64,000 nucleotides of DNA from Balanoglossus misakiensis (lineage: Eukaryota; Animalia; Hemichordata): assembly GCA_040954595.2 (NCBI GenBank), contig CM082576.2:9551129-9615128 (forward strand). Reading direction: 5' to 3'. The notes below the pieces were generated by a model that saw only the letters and a list, made by a program, of their open reading frames with translations, had not been told where the DNA came from and did no database searches. Below are positions 39,099-53,204 of the stretch, one piece after another. How positions within the stretch are numbered: position 1 is the stretch's first letter; every line of letters starts with the position of its first letter. Made by a program: the position numbers and the translations under genes.

Positions 39099-42000
39099 TT
39101 GAGTGCATACAAGCACCTAAACCCATCAACACTAAATTTACCTTGTAAAAAATCGTGTAATTCATAAACGGATAAACGGTGATAATATCTGGTATACATG
39201 TATACTTGATCGCATTATGTCAGTAACCTTGTTTTGACAGCTGGCACGGATGAGTATAATAAACTTTGGCGCAATTTTCGTTTAATACCACACTGTTAAT
39301 CCCAGCGAAATGTTTTCTGTAGCCAAAATAGCGCTTATATTGAAATGTGTCCATTCAGTCGTAAAAAACTCTATGGGTTTAATATTACAAAATGAAATAT
39401 ATTATTATTACAAGTGGATTTATTTATTAAAGTGACACGCGATATTGATCAGTCTCACGTTTTCAAATATCTAACAGAGTAAGCGGTCACCCAACCCGCC
39501 AGGGGGCCATATAAGTCCGCTATATATGTTAGAAGTCCATTAAAATGTAATGGAGTTCTGGTGCATATTTAATATAGGCCAAACAAAACAACGCAACAGG
39601 AACCTTTCCCCCGAAAATGTTCTGCATATATATCGCGAGTTGTGATTGTTAAAGGCTTTGTTATGGCTTTGGCGTAGCTCGGACATTAATGTTCATTAAA
39701 GGTGCTAATTTGCGAAGCTTAGGTCGCCATAAAAGCGAATCCTCAACTCGTTCCCTCTTAATGTAGGGCGAATGTTGACGGATTATGCTCATTAAACACT
39801 TGGCAGCGATATTATTAATCGGGCAGAGAGCATATTTGATAAGTGAAATTCTCGTCGGGCCTGTTAAAGTTTCAAATAAGTGCAACAAGTTAAATAACGG
39901 ACTATTCGCGTTCTTCTTCGTGTGAGTTTAGTTCACAGGCTCACAGAGAACAAAAGCTGGTAAACATGCAGAATTTCAGGGGGGAAATCATTAAGAGTTA
40001 AGGCTCGGTGATGAAAAGTACTGATATGTCCCAAGGGGAATCTTTAAATTGGGATGTATCATATTCCCCTCATTGTTACTAGTTTAATACGTGTTTGTGA
40101 ATTAAATTAGGGTGGTGATATCAAAATATTTGCGAGTCTTCTATTCATAATGCCGATTAAAAGCGATCCTTTTCACGGAGTTTTAATGATAAGATAGTAA
40201 TTACATTTATCAACCGATCCTTCATCAATACAAAAAGTGAACGTTCGTTTGTGAACTTTTCCTGAACGAATGTGATCAACTGAAGCGTGCAAGGGATAAC
40301 GCTTGTCGAGCACGCTTTGTAGACCCGCGTCCTCAAAGAAAGAAAGATCGCATGATGAATGAATGAAATTCTTCCCATTTTATTCTGATAAGGTTCGACT
40401 CATCTGCAGCTTTGAAAACCCAGTATTTCAGTGGCAATATATGACCGTCACGATAATTCATGGGTTTCCAGTGCTTCGTGCAATTTGCCAAACGTCAACT
40501 ATACGGTTGCTATGGTGACTGTCGTCACAGTAACTGGTGTTATATCAGATTGTCCTATCTGTTGCTCAAAACTAAGGTTTAGCTTTTTACTGCTCGTAAC
40601 ATCATTTATCGCAGTGAACGACGCGTCGTTAAATGCAGTGAAGGTCGCACCAAGGCCATGGGGGGGGGGGGGGTCATGGAGAAAAATCTAGGCGAAAGTT
40701 TTTTTCCGGGAATTTGCAAGAGGAAACAAATACACGAAAATGCCCAGGAGTGATAAGCAAGTCCGCCCTGATTGTACATTTTCTCTTCTGGGCATCACAT
40801 ATTCCAAACAAGCCACCGCCACCTGTTGGAATACAGAGCCATCTGTTACAACTTATTTAACCTCATTCGAAAAGTACATATACATAATTCCGTGCCATCG
40901 CCGGCTAGTGAATCTGTGCGAAATTTGGTGCTCACATCGTTCCTAATATTACCTTTCTTCGTGTAGGCGTGCGGGAGCTGTCGTCGAGGTAAAACTCGTC
41001 CGCTGCTTCTCCTTTGGGGGGGGGGGTCGTAAGTAGAAGTCATGCCTTCTCGTGTGAAGCAAAATATAAGATGATAAGATGTCGGGGTTTGCAGTGCAGT
41101 CCCCTGCGGTGATTAGAGTTGAATTGAATTGAGTTCAGCATACTGCACCAACAGCTGCATCGTACGGTCACCAATGTGTGACATGCATTCTGTAATCGCG
41201 GTCAATGTATCGTTAATTGCAAATCAACTCTGAAACTATATACACACGGGTGTGGATTCGTCTTTTAGCCCAAGCGTGCATCAGCTTTGAGAGTCTGACT
41301 ATAAAAGGCTCCGGGGAAGGGAAATACAAGTAAACATATAAAATGGTTCGGCGGCGGTCATGGTGGATCGTGCCTCAAAGCAAACTAATAGACCTATGCA
41401 CGTGTGTTTATTACACCGCTTTTATCTTTATATTGGCCTATTCTAACTTTTCATAAGGCTAAAGTTTGTCTAATAAATATAGCCTCTCGGCTGTTGTACG
41501 TCGTATAGTGAATACCACCGAGCAAAAACAAATGACCGTTTTCCAACAAAAAAAGAGACATCTTCAAGTCCATTATCTTGATAATTGTCTGTTCTGACGT
41601 CGATATTGTCGTCAACATTTGACCTTAACGGTAACGCCAGAGGAAGTGAAAGTGCAATATATCGGAGACCGGTTTTAACTCGCCAATTATCAACAAAAAC
41701 CGCAGACATTTTTTGCGAACGGTATTAAAACTAACCATGGAATTAATTATTAATCGTGATATTCTCTGCTCGGAGATTAATGGAATTGGATTTCGCACGT
41801 GCGCAGAAGGTAACGTTCCCGAAATCTAATAAATGTCTTTGAAATCATAGACACCAATGTCCACAATCATTCCCTGGTTTGCTTTTCAACACCATGCATT
41901 ACCATTAGAAGTACAATCCAAGTAGACAGTATTTCTTTCCTTTGTTTTATGTAGTCTCCGCTGTCTTGTTTGTCGTTCCGACACACTTTTCTTTTAAAAT

Positions 42001-45000
42001 GTCGACCGACCTACTTGTTGCATCAAACTGCGCCCTCTAGGCCTATTGCTTTCAGTAAACCATTCCTCAGATGTTGTCGTTCAATACGTTATCCGGTTCA
42101 CCCAGCCACGTCAGTTTTGAAAAGTAAAGTAATCTTTCGTAAAACCTTTTTTGTGCCTGGTATGTTGTACACAACGGAACTCATTATTTGGCGTCCCATC
42201 ACCATTCTATAAAGCAGTGTCACGCACGGCTCATGAACGGGACAATAAATACGACCGTAATCTGCCATCCCACCAGCATTGCCCTTATTCAACGTTTTGT
42301 TCCGCAAAATTACTCCAATGTCCCTTTTTTGCTTTCTTTTGAATAAGAAATATAATGACTTCATTTGAGGATGCGTTTTTGTCAAAATTCTACACATATG
42401 TATGTCTATTTGACGCTCATTTATATGGCAAAATGTTTTGGAGAAAAAATAAGACCAATGATCAAAAACGTCTCTTTTCAGAGCACGATGGCATGTCCGA
42501 CTATTTGAAATATCCCCATCGCTATTTTTAAGTCGACATGGTTAGGCATATCGCGATGTAAATAAAACATCCAATGATTTTTTGCTCGGTGTTATATTAA
42601 TATGGGTATAAATATCTGTTTTACTGCAAAGACAAATACTGCTCTAGAAAATATGGGGTTGACGATTTCTAGACCGTTTTACCCCGCTCTTTTTGAGCCA
42701 ATAACGCTCCGATCCTGCGATCGCCCATTAATCGGCGCGGGAGCTATGAAATAGACTAAAGGCGATACATGGTTCATTTCCGCAAAAGTGTGTAGGCCTA
42801 CCAATCATCACATCTTCACGGGGGGTCTTTTGCAACAAGGTTAAAGGATTTTGAAACCGTCCACATTCGAGGCAACTCTCACAAAACCCCTATTTTCCCC
42901 GAGTGCGACCGACAAATTGCGTTTGTGACGCACTTCTACTTGCCACCGTGTGCTCATAGGTGAGTTCACATCTTGAAACAATTACATTCCTAAAACCACA
43001 GCAATGCATGCATCCACTATAATCAGGAGGATATACACGAGGGACACACTTAAAAAGTTGACATAGAATCGAAACGCCATTTATGAATCGAGTCATCGAA
43101 GTATTAAATGCGTTCAAGAGGGACTCATGCATGCGTACTTGAACTACAAACGTGTCCTTCCTCTACACGGCGAATAGGCGTCTTCTCCAGCCCGACAAAA
43201 TAGTATACAGCTGTACCTTCAGTTCAAGTATATGCCGTAAATAATAGAATGCAACGATCATCACGATCGCTCGGATAAATGGAGTCTATTCTTGACTGCA
43301 AGAGGAAGGAAAATTGAACATTAAAAATGCAGTAAACACACTTGCTGCTACGATTTTACTGGTGGAATTCGTTTTTTTTTACGCAAGCAACAATAAGTGT
43401 AAGTTTAAGGACCACGCGTCGCGCGGCGTTAAAATTTTATTCGCTCGGGTTATTGCGGACGTCACCTTCACCGGAGCGGTTTCGCTAAAAAGTCCACGGC
43501 GTTTTACCATCGCGTAATATAAATGCGCATTTCACAGCTGGCGATAAAGATTCATCTCCGTCGCATAAGAATGGATTATACGCTTGTAGATTTCTGCCAC
43601 CTTTGACGCCTCCACGGAATCGACATTCCGCGGGCGCGGCGAAGGCACTAACACCTGCCAATGTAGGTCACCCTCTGCCCCCAGGTAAGAATTCGTACGA
43701 ATGAATCCAGTCCAAGTGTCCCCCTGTTTGTCTATTTTCCCCTGCGGTCTGTTGTCATTTCGATATACAAGTCTCCAAATCTGTGAAAAAGTGGCCCTTT
43801 CGCTGCAGTGACGTCATGACTGGTATCGGCAACATCTGAGAGAGAGAGTCCAACAATACGGCATTGCATTTATAGCTTTACTGCTTTATCAAGTGATGTA
43901 TAAGCCCACTGCCTTGCTAATAGGTTTTTCTTGGTAAAGTCGTAATAAAATAAATGTTAAATGGCACGTAACATTATCTTTTCTGAAATTCTGAGAATAC
44001 CAAACATCTGGTGCATCTCGTTAAAGGTGTCGGTCAATTTTGAAGTTACCCGGGTTCATAGAGTGAGTTTATGATACAGCTCTCCGGCGAGTAGTATGGA
44101 AAAAAAACATCTATTGGCAATTTCCACCAAATTGCCCAGACGAGTTGCACGTGAAGGTGACCCCGGTACCTAAAACACCTGTCGAAGTCGTTGCCCTTCG
44201 GTGACGTTCTAGAGGTCAAGTTGATTTTGTGCGTTGCCTGCCGTAAAAAATGGTGAGCAGTGCTTTCACTATCAACGACTCCTGTCCACCGGTATTACTA
44301 GTAAAGTGAAATGGTCTGTATTGTGTTTCAACAGGAGAACCGGCGGTGATTAAAGGATATTGCAATTTGCGGCACGCTATCTGTTCCATGTGGACGTGGG
44401 CTTTGATGTTATCAAATAATACCTATATCGCCGTGTTGGTTGACATTTGCAGTATGGATGATAGTGTCCCCCCTACAGATTTTCTATCACGCATGTGTGA
44501 ATGACACGGCTGCGTTCCCACGCCCCAAAGTACGTAGGCCCACACACGCCCAAACCTGACCAAATGCCAAAAACAAAACGTCCGTGTGTATTTGCTACCT
44601 TGTATTGGGCCGGGGTGTCGCACTGACAAAAGACCTCACACCACCATAGAATAAAGACCGAAATAGTCATGACTGTTGTGCTCGGGATTTTCACATAAGT
44701 GTTGTATCACTCTCATTCAGTAAACAGAAAATACGAACTAACACGCACAACAACGGGCGAGATTTTTTTCTCGCCAACGCGTATTTACATATGCTTGTAA
44801 AGGTAAGTGATAAATGAGCATCAATCTTCAATGAGAATATGCCAAGCTTCCTGAGTACTCGGGAATTTACAGGGAAGAGTTGACAGCGCCGGTAATCGAT
44901 ACAACGCACGTATATGTACATGCCCAGCCCGATATTCTCCTCATTTCTCCTCGCGTTACCACACTGAGGATGCGCATTTACATGTAATGACTGATTTCAG

Positions 45001-45590
45001 GGAGATAAGAAATCGCATCGTTTACTGTGTTTACGTATATGTATGAGTACAAGTCTGAAAATAGCCGCGCTGAAAGTAGTTTACTGGGTCTGTTCGAGTG
45101 GTTATAAACGCGAAAGGTCAATAGCAGTTATGGCATTTTCTGCATTGTTGGGAATTGTAAGCTTGTATAGTTGTCGTCGGTATTCCGCCGCGCTGCACAC
45201 TGGGAAATTTGCGCGAGATCTCGGTCTCCTCCACCCCGAGCGCAGGAAGCTGCTTTACATGTAAATAGAACTCGTACTGATAGTGCACTCACCTCCGTCT
45301 TCAATCATTCCATATGACGTCATATATTATTGCATGGTTGCCTCATCCGCTTTGCGAATGAATGGGTGAGTATAATTGACACAAATCGGTTGGTCAGGTC
45401 GACCCAGTTTCTTTTTTAGCGGCAACAAGGCCTACTAGTTCAACCGATTTTTATACTGCATAGGTATTACAATATAAAAGATTAGAAAGGGTGCCATCGG
45501 AATCAAAGTACCGTGATGGTATGTCTGTCTGTCATATCACATGTTCAAGATTTACGCGGGGGTAGTGGTGGGGTGTCACAATAGCGTGAT

Positions 45591-45910
45591 ATAATTAAGC
45601 AATAAAACACCCCCAGCCATGGTATACCACGAGATTTTGACCAGTTCACGACATATACGCACGAGCGATAGCGAGTGCGTATATGGAGTTGAACTGGTCA
45701 AAATCGAGTGGTATACCATGGCTGGGGTGTTTTATTGCTATTATATTATGCCGGTATATTGAAACTTGGCATAAAACATTTTAAAAAGGCATTTTCTTTG
45801 ACTATGATATATGACTGTGGTATATGGCTAATATATCACGGTCACGTGTCGTGTCTCGACCAATCAAATAGCGTGATTTACACCATCAATATACTGGTAT
45901 AATATAATAT
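45591..45910 (+). mobile_element. Non-autonomous fold-back element (long hairpin 45598-45739 plus tail); family uncertain, possibly Crypton-type
   Basis: ~70-bp inverted arms gcaataaaacaccccagccatggtataccac... / ...gtggtataccatggctggggtgttttattgc around GAGCGATAGCGAG. Tail atatcacg..cgtgtctcgaccaatca..ggtataata resembles the tail of the 60.8-61.4 kb element. Confidence 0.65.
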
Positions 45911-47742
45911 AAATTTAATGCAGTGACGGCTTTCTGTAGAAGTTTATGCTACTACGCCCCATTTCACAGGAAAACACACTCACATTCCAGAAGGTTGCAC
46001 AATGCTATAAAAATGTGAATGTCAGTGTTCAACAAACACTTAAACCCCATCACAAAGAATCCAAAAGGAGGACTCGCATTTACATGAGATTTGCGGCTGT
46101 GCGGGAAGAAGCGATGTTTCAATCAGCTACGCGCACGCGCACCCCCGACGAAGCAAATTCCTCACGTCACGTAATATTGCTCATTCCGCTCGTATGCCAA
46201 ATCCATTCCCAACGAATGCCTTTGTCGGAACACTTCAAGATTGACCGCGCTATTACTTTTCTGCACAGGTGAATGTGAATGATGGCCAGCGGGTGCCATA
46301 AAAACAGTTTGTGGGCGTTTATAAAACACAACCTGACCTCATTACAAAGCATTTTATCAATTGGTTGGCCTGACCCTTTGTATACATGTATTTCAAAATC
46401 TAAACGCATGGACACCTACTTAGATGTTGTGTGTGAGAGAGCGAGGGGGAAGAAGAGAGAGAAAGAAAATTTGAGAGAGGGAGAGGGGGGGGATCCCATA
46501 TCGACATACGACCGACCTACTTTTACGTACGAACTGGTTGTACTGCACCATGTATACATGTACCAATATTAAATATTAAGCGTAACCCATCCGGCACAAG
46601 ATTGCAATAACTGTACCCACGGGGTTTTCAAACAGATGTGCTTATAATTATCAGAGCAATGCACAGTAATGACACATTTTATCGGGTAGTTACGATCAAA
46701 TGCATCAACTTCGGTAAATTATTTCCAAGTTTAATCGTTCGATATATAACTTGTTTCGTCGATAAATTCTCAATGCCTAACGACTGATGATAAATGGCGA
46801 GCGACTAGCAGGCCTGCGCCCTTTCATAATTCGAGCGAGAGAGAAAAAGAGCGATTTGCATGATGCTTTCCCCGAATTGAACAATAAAAACAGTTTAGCA
46901 AATGTGTACGAAAGTGTTATCTCATGTGCAAACAAAGAGTGGTTGTAGTGCTTGCTGAAGTACAAAGCACCACAACGGCCTTTTGCAAACTCACAAAATT
47001 GCTGTGCTCAGATATTAAATACCCCCGCCCACGTCTATAAATCTCTCCCGTAATAATAGTTAGTCGAGAAACACCAAGGAATAGCGAACGGATTTTTGCC
47101 GACATTCCATCATCACTTCTTTTTGCAGAGGAGTCAACGAAATCTCATCATATTTGGCGCGGCAACTCTCGATTAAAATCTTGCTTTTTGAGTACCCTTA
47201 ATTTATTGGCAAACAACGCCATCTGTGGCCAGTTTGAGTATAGGGTGATTTTGCAGATTGGTTGTACATGTACCAACTTATCAAAACTCCCCCCCCCCCT
47301 CGCTCTCTCTCTCTCAAGGGCCAGCAAATATACAATGTTGCTATGCCGAGGTCACTTGAAAAAAAATATGCATGAAGTCAATCAATCCCCGGGCTCCCTT
47401 CCTACACGATATATGAAACAGTCCATCCCCAACAGGTCTCATTTCCTGAGATTACAATGTTCTTGTATTAAGAAAAGATAGTCTTGCGTGCGCACATTAA
47501 ACCCCACTTCACTGTAGCCATAGGAGTGATATGTTAGTAATTGAAAAATGTTAGTAGCGCTTCAAGTCAGTTGACATCATAACCTAAATATCCATTGTCA
47601 CATGATCTAACCAGAGATGGCAAACTATTCGTAATGACCTCCGCTCCGTTTCGTGTTACGCGACCGATAAATATACTTGTATGTACTTTTATCATGTCAG
47701 CTGACAGAGGGGATCACATGTTGCTATATGACCTTGCCCTAA

Positions 47743-47886
<144 letters not shown>

Positions 47887-50800
47887 AGAGCAATAACCAG
47901 GTCGATAACTTCGGCGCCTTCGCGATTACACAAATAACCACACAAGACGTAAACCTCTTATGGCTTATCCCCGTTGAGATATTGGGGTTGAAATATACGA
48001 AAGACTAATACACAGCCCCCGGCCCCTGTAGCAGTACAATAACGGCGTAACCTACATGCCTGCACCTTTCAAACATTATCTTTATGGGCTGGGACTACTC
48101 ATGTATGTAGGCTGCTTTGTTTACTGAGTTCGTAACATTCCTCTCTTTGTGGACAGGTATTTGCTAGTTGGTCATATATTTAAACTCAGTCCATCAGTCG
48201 GTGACATGTTAAGTCAAGGTCATGGTTCGCTAGTCCCGCACAAGTCGCAGCACTGTTGCATCCAATACTACCCATACATACTATCATGACTATATGCCAT
48301 CTTCATCACACCCTGGAATGGATTTCATTGGCAATAACATCTCAAATAAGTACTAGAGCTAGTGGGATGGTTAGGCCTTGTGTGTATAAATAACATGTGT
48401 CGCGTCCTTTATTGCAAGTAAGATCTTAGAATTAAAACTTGCGTATTAACAATTATGACACAGTTTCAGATCGTTGAAGCATTTACTGCGGTCAAGTGTG
48501 ATTACCTTTTCAAATTGGGAGATCTGACTAAACTTAGCTCTGTCTTCACCCACGCTACGGTTGTTGCTGTCCTTGTTGTGCTGTCTCTTCTGTACGCGAC
48601 AACATCAGAAGGATAACAGCAAAGACGTGGCCAAGGTGAAACTGATTATAATCTATAATCAGATTGGGGAGAACCATTTGGTTTTTTTGAACGTGGTGGG
48701 AGGGGGTCTCACCTATCTTAGCAGAATTGTTTGCTTTTTTGCAAGTCGTGCAACAAATTTGCTGTTCAGCTGAAACTCTCGGAGGTATCTTTATGTTCCA
48801 AGCGAGCGTCAATTTGTGTTTTCAATGTTGTACATATAAATTATATCTCACGTCGGGAAGACGTTGATGAACAGTACAGGTATTTTAATTGCATACATCG
48901 TAATGAATGTTCGGTCCGTCATTTCGTTCAAACTGCCAGGCCTCAGAATAAAAGCTGGGAGATGAGGGCAAGCCCGTAAGTGGAAGAAAGACGTAGGATG
49001 GAGAGGCTTGCCCTCCTGCGGTAGAAAATTTATATTATGTAGAGACATATCTAATGCATGCCTTAAGTCAACAGGCCTAAATCTGATACGTCGTGCACTT
49101 GCTGTACTGTAAAGGGCGATCATTATAGCCGCGTGCTTGTTCCGTGATTCCGTTGTCCCCGTCAAACGTGTAGCTACCTTCGACGTTGTAGCTTCCTCTG
49201 TGACCACTCGAAAAAGAACCGGTACCGTCCCGACCGATAAAAATAGCACACGGCCCCAATAAACGTTCAAGGCCAAACGCCTACCCATCTCATCTCAACT
49301 CAAGGGACTTCGTTAACCAGTGGAGTTTCAAAGCTAGTGCACAAACAAAGATATTGGTAAGGGTTGCGGAGGAGTCCCGATCGAGAAAATTTGAAAGGTC
49401 AATACAACGACTGCAAAATACATCAAATGGAGGTAAACACTCTCGTTTGGATGTGTAGAAGCCGTATCCACATACGTGCAGTATTCGCAAGTGCTTTGTA
49501 ACTTTGTTTTTCATTTATGAGATGAGGGGGGGGGGGGGGGGGGGCTACTCCGAAAATAAGGAAGTACAATCACCTTCGTAAAAACAAGTCATACTGAACA
49601 TTTTCTCTCACATCATGCCAAAGGATGAACAGGATCTATACATGGACAAAAAATGAACACACACAAAAGGTTTCAGAATTGTGTCTAAAGAAGCAATTAA
49701 CGCAGACGTTAAAACATCGCGAAAATAATGAAGCAATCACGGGTCAAGATTCTTTGGGGAACAATAAATAATGCAGGGTAGACAATTTCGCGACCATGAA
49801 AAAAAAACCATACACAACAACGCATTTACCGCAATTTCACCTCTAAGTTCCAAAACAAAACAGGTTAAGTCTATCCTCGAAATTAATTGGCAATTTTCTC
49901 GTTATTAAAAACCGAAAGTAATAATTGACTGCAATTCAACCTGTCGATATGCCTCGTCAGCGGATGTCCCCAATAACGATTAATTTGTCGGATTAATTTG
50001 GCCGTGTGTATTAATGACAAGGGAAAATGTTCAAATTAGAATTATTGTGGAGAGTTAATGGTGCGATTGGATTGGCCTTAAATGCTTTACCATGTCACAG
50101 GTAGGGTTCTCGCGATAGCCACGGTGGAGGCGACGGGAAATGTTCAGAGTTTCGAAACCTGAAATCCTCATATAAATAAAAAACTCCAAGATCTGTTGTG
50201 GACATAGAAACAGCCGAAGACCTCGGCAGGTGTATCGTTTCTGTATGTAATCGTGTTGATTAACACTATGGGATAATGGGGTAAAAGCCGTAGCTATCTG
50301 CTAAATTGGGCCGTAAAACTGACATGCAGCATATATACTGAATCCCCTTCCTTTGATTTTTACCACCCTATACCGCTACAGGACACTCCCTCGGCCTTCC
50401 ATCGTTTCATTAACAGTCACATACCCGTGTGAATGGGAGTGAATTAAACAATTCGCTTAACTCTTAATTAATCAAACACGTCGTCAAAAGTCATACAGGA
50501 AAGTTTAGCAGACGATTTCTAAAGAAGAGCATGAGTGATAGCAGTGTCCCTATCTTGACCATGGGTAACTATGGCAACAGCCAGAGAAATCCCCAAGCTA
50601 TCATCTTAAAGGCGCAATCTTCATTCGCTTGCTTCGTTCACGTAAACCTTTTTTAGATTTTGTCTACGCTACACAACTTCTTCCAATTCTTCAAGTTTTG
50701 ACCCCATCCCAGTTTCTGGTATACAAGGCGCAAAGTTAGTCCCGAATATGATATTACTTTCTGGCAACAGGCGACAACCAGTAATAAAAGCTTAAGTATA

Positions 50801-51488
50801 TTTTTGAAACAGCGCCCGTATAGTTATGAACATACAACAACGGACTTTCGTGGAAATCGTGCATGTGTCATGTGTGGAGTGACCGTGGTCATGTGTATAC
50901 ACTTCACATGGCGCCCGCTAAATTCGCAGTCGCGTTCGAAATGTCGCTCGTTCTGTGACCGATCTTTTCATCATCAAAAGTAGGACGGATATGCGATGAA
51001 GTGCCAGGATGTGTATTACAGTAGATGGCAAGCGCGATATCTAAGAATTTCATTTGAACTTTTTGGCGTTGCCTTTGTGTGCACAGTCAACGTGTTGAGC
51101 AACTGTGAGCTGAGGTAGGGTAGATCGTGTGCGCGATATTATATACACGTACCTCTTTAACAGCAAAGAAATCTCAACTCTGCGCGTATGCGTTGAATCA
51201 CGCATGCGTGAGCATAAAACAGACCAGGGTTGGTTTATTAGGAAATAAAGATATACACATACAATCAGTTAAATGTTATATCACGGTGTCGGTTATCAAA
51301 TAGGTGATACATTTAGCAAGACGAAGTCCATCTGTCAATTTCGCACACACGGCTGCAGTCTACTTTTGTTGGTAAGTGATGGCCCTACTCTGCATCACAC
51401 ATCAGTCAGATCACTGTGAAGTTATGCCCCCCCTCTCTGTTCCCCTCCCCTTTCTCCCCGTAAATTCATAATTTTAATGTCATGCAAT

Positions 51489-51652
51489 CATCCATCCATC
51501 CATCCATCCATCCATCCATCCATCCATCCATCCATCCATCCATACATACATACATACATACATACATACATACATACATACATACATACATACATAGTAC
51601 ATACATACATACATACATACATACATACATACATACATACATACATACATAC
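51489..51652. repeat. Compound (CATC)n(CATA)n microsatellite
   Basis: CATC units from 51489 to ~51540, then CATA units to ~51652. Explains the MYVC/HTYI ORFs. Confidence 0.97.
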
Positions 51653-53094
51653 AAGTGAAATGTAATTCTGAGGCGCCGAAAATTCCGTTTATATCTTCTA
51701 TCTCACATGACACACAACATTTTCATTCGTCGTGGCTTGGTATATATTTATCGTGTCATAAATCCATTGTCAATTTAATAGAACACAGCGGGCACGGTGT
51801 TTTAATTCCCTGGCAACTGTGCAATAATCACACAACCGGCTTTCATCTTCACCCCGTGTGTAACAGCTGCGGTCATTTTGACGTAAAACCGTTCGTTTGT
51901 TAATCCGCGCCATTACCATTGAAAGGAATAAGTGTATAGCCTGTGATCGGGTAACGGGACCTCGTTTCATTCAGAATTCGTGCGCGTTAAGCTAAAACGG
52001 GTTTAGTGGACAGGAAAGTAAATTAGTCATATGCTGTTACTAATGAACGTCCCCTGTCATTATTTGTGCCGCGCGAAAATATATAATGACAAGAAAATAA
52101 AAAATAATCCTCTCCCATCATTAAATTTTGCTCATTTATCTTTTAATTTTTGTGTTTGTCTATATCTCGATGTATTGGGTGTTTTATTTCTCTCCAAATA
52201 TGTATTTTAATAATTACCAGTGCCAACAAACAACACGACGTCGTGGTGATCACGTTTTTATTTCTCTCGATGACCTTTGCTCGTGAACCGCTGAAATAGA
52301 AACCACTGAAATGTGAAACGTTACATTTGATCGAAACTTCAATGCCAGCTATATCGGTTGTTTTTTTTTAGTCGACGCACAGTTCAAACCTGAATCGCAT
52401 TACATCACCATGGTCGAGTGGGAATTTAGGTCAGCGCGATAGGTTTGTATAGATATGGCGGTATTTATCAATGTGTTTACATGGCTTTGACAAACAACTG
52501 GTCATTTGTGACGTAAATGCCAACCTGGCCGCTATACCGTGTTCGCTTGAACTGATTAACAGGGTTTGATAACTGAATGTCGGTTCTCGTTGGGTGGCTT
52601 ACGTGTGCCCGCACTTTTCGGAGTCCTATTTTCACAAACGTGTGACAATGACGTATTTTTAGCGTACGGGGAGCGATCGGGGGGAGCGATCCATTGCGCG
52701 CTGATCGTACAATACACCCCCGAATCGGCATTTAAAAAAAAATCAATCAAAACGGAAGTCGTTTTGGGGAAGGAAGCGTTATAAATAGGGGCGTTTGACT
52801 TGACGTCTTGCGTTGTGCGAATAGCATGTACGCATGCATACGGTCAATTAGAAGTTTGAGGACATAAAAATACGGTGTTCGAGATCGTTTTAAGGCGTAG
52901 TCAATTCTTTCCTGTTTTGTAATTTCCCCCTCGTGATATCCGAACCCTGTCCCCGCGCGTCAGGGTGCTTTTTATTAATCGTATGGAAACGAGAGTAGAC
53001 ATGGATTAATCATAATCGAAGTTCGGTTGAAAACTTTCTGTAATAGCGAAGGTAAACACATTGGAGTGCATGGGTCGTGCTTCACATCCCCACG

Positions 53095-53204
53095 CAATCT
53101 GATTAAAATCAGATGTGGGGAACGGCGACGTGTTTTTTTATGCTGTCGCCTCACACTAACTTAGAACACGTCGCCGTTCCCTACATCTGATTTTAATCAG
53201 ATTT
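53095..53204. mobile_element. 110-bp MITE with ~39-bp TIRs and 9-bp target-site duplication (Mutator/Merlin-like TSD length)
   Basis: Arms aatctgattaaaatcagatgtggggaacggcgacgtgtt / aacacgtcgccgttccctacatctgattttaatcagatt. Direct repeat ATCCCCACG at 53086-53094 and 53205-53213. Confidence 0.85.

Noticed and set aside
38350-39445. TTAAAGTGACAC seen twice, resembling Kolobok-type termini
   Set aside because: Both in the same orientation, and no matching inverted end was found.
51466-51713. [12 protein letters not shown] repeat ORFs
   Set aside because: Translations of the CATC/CATA microsatellite.
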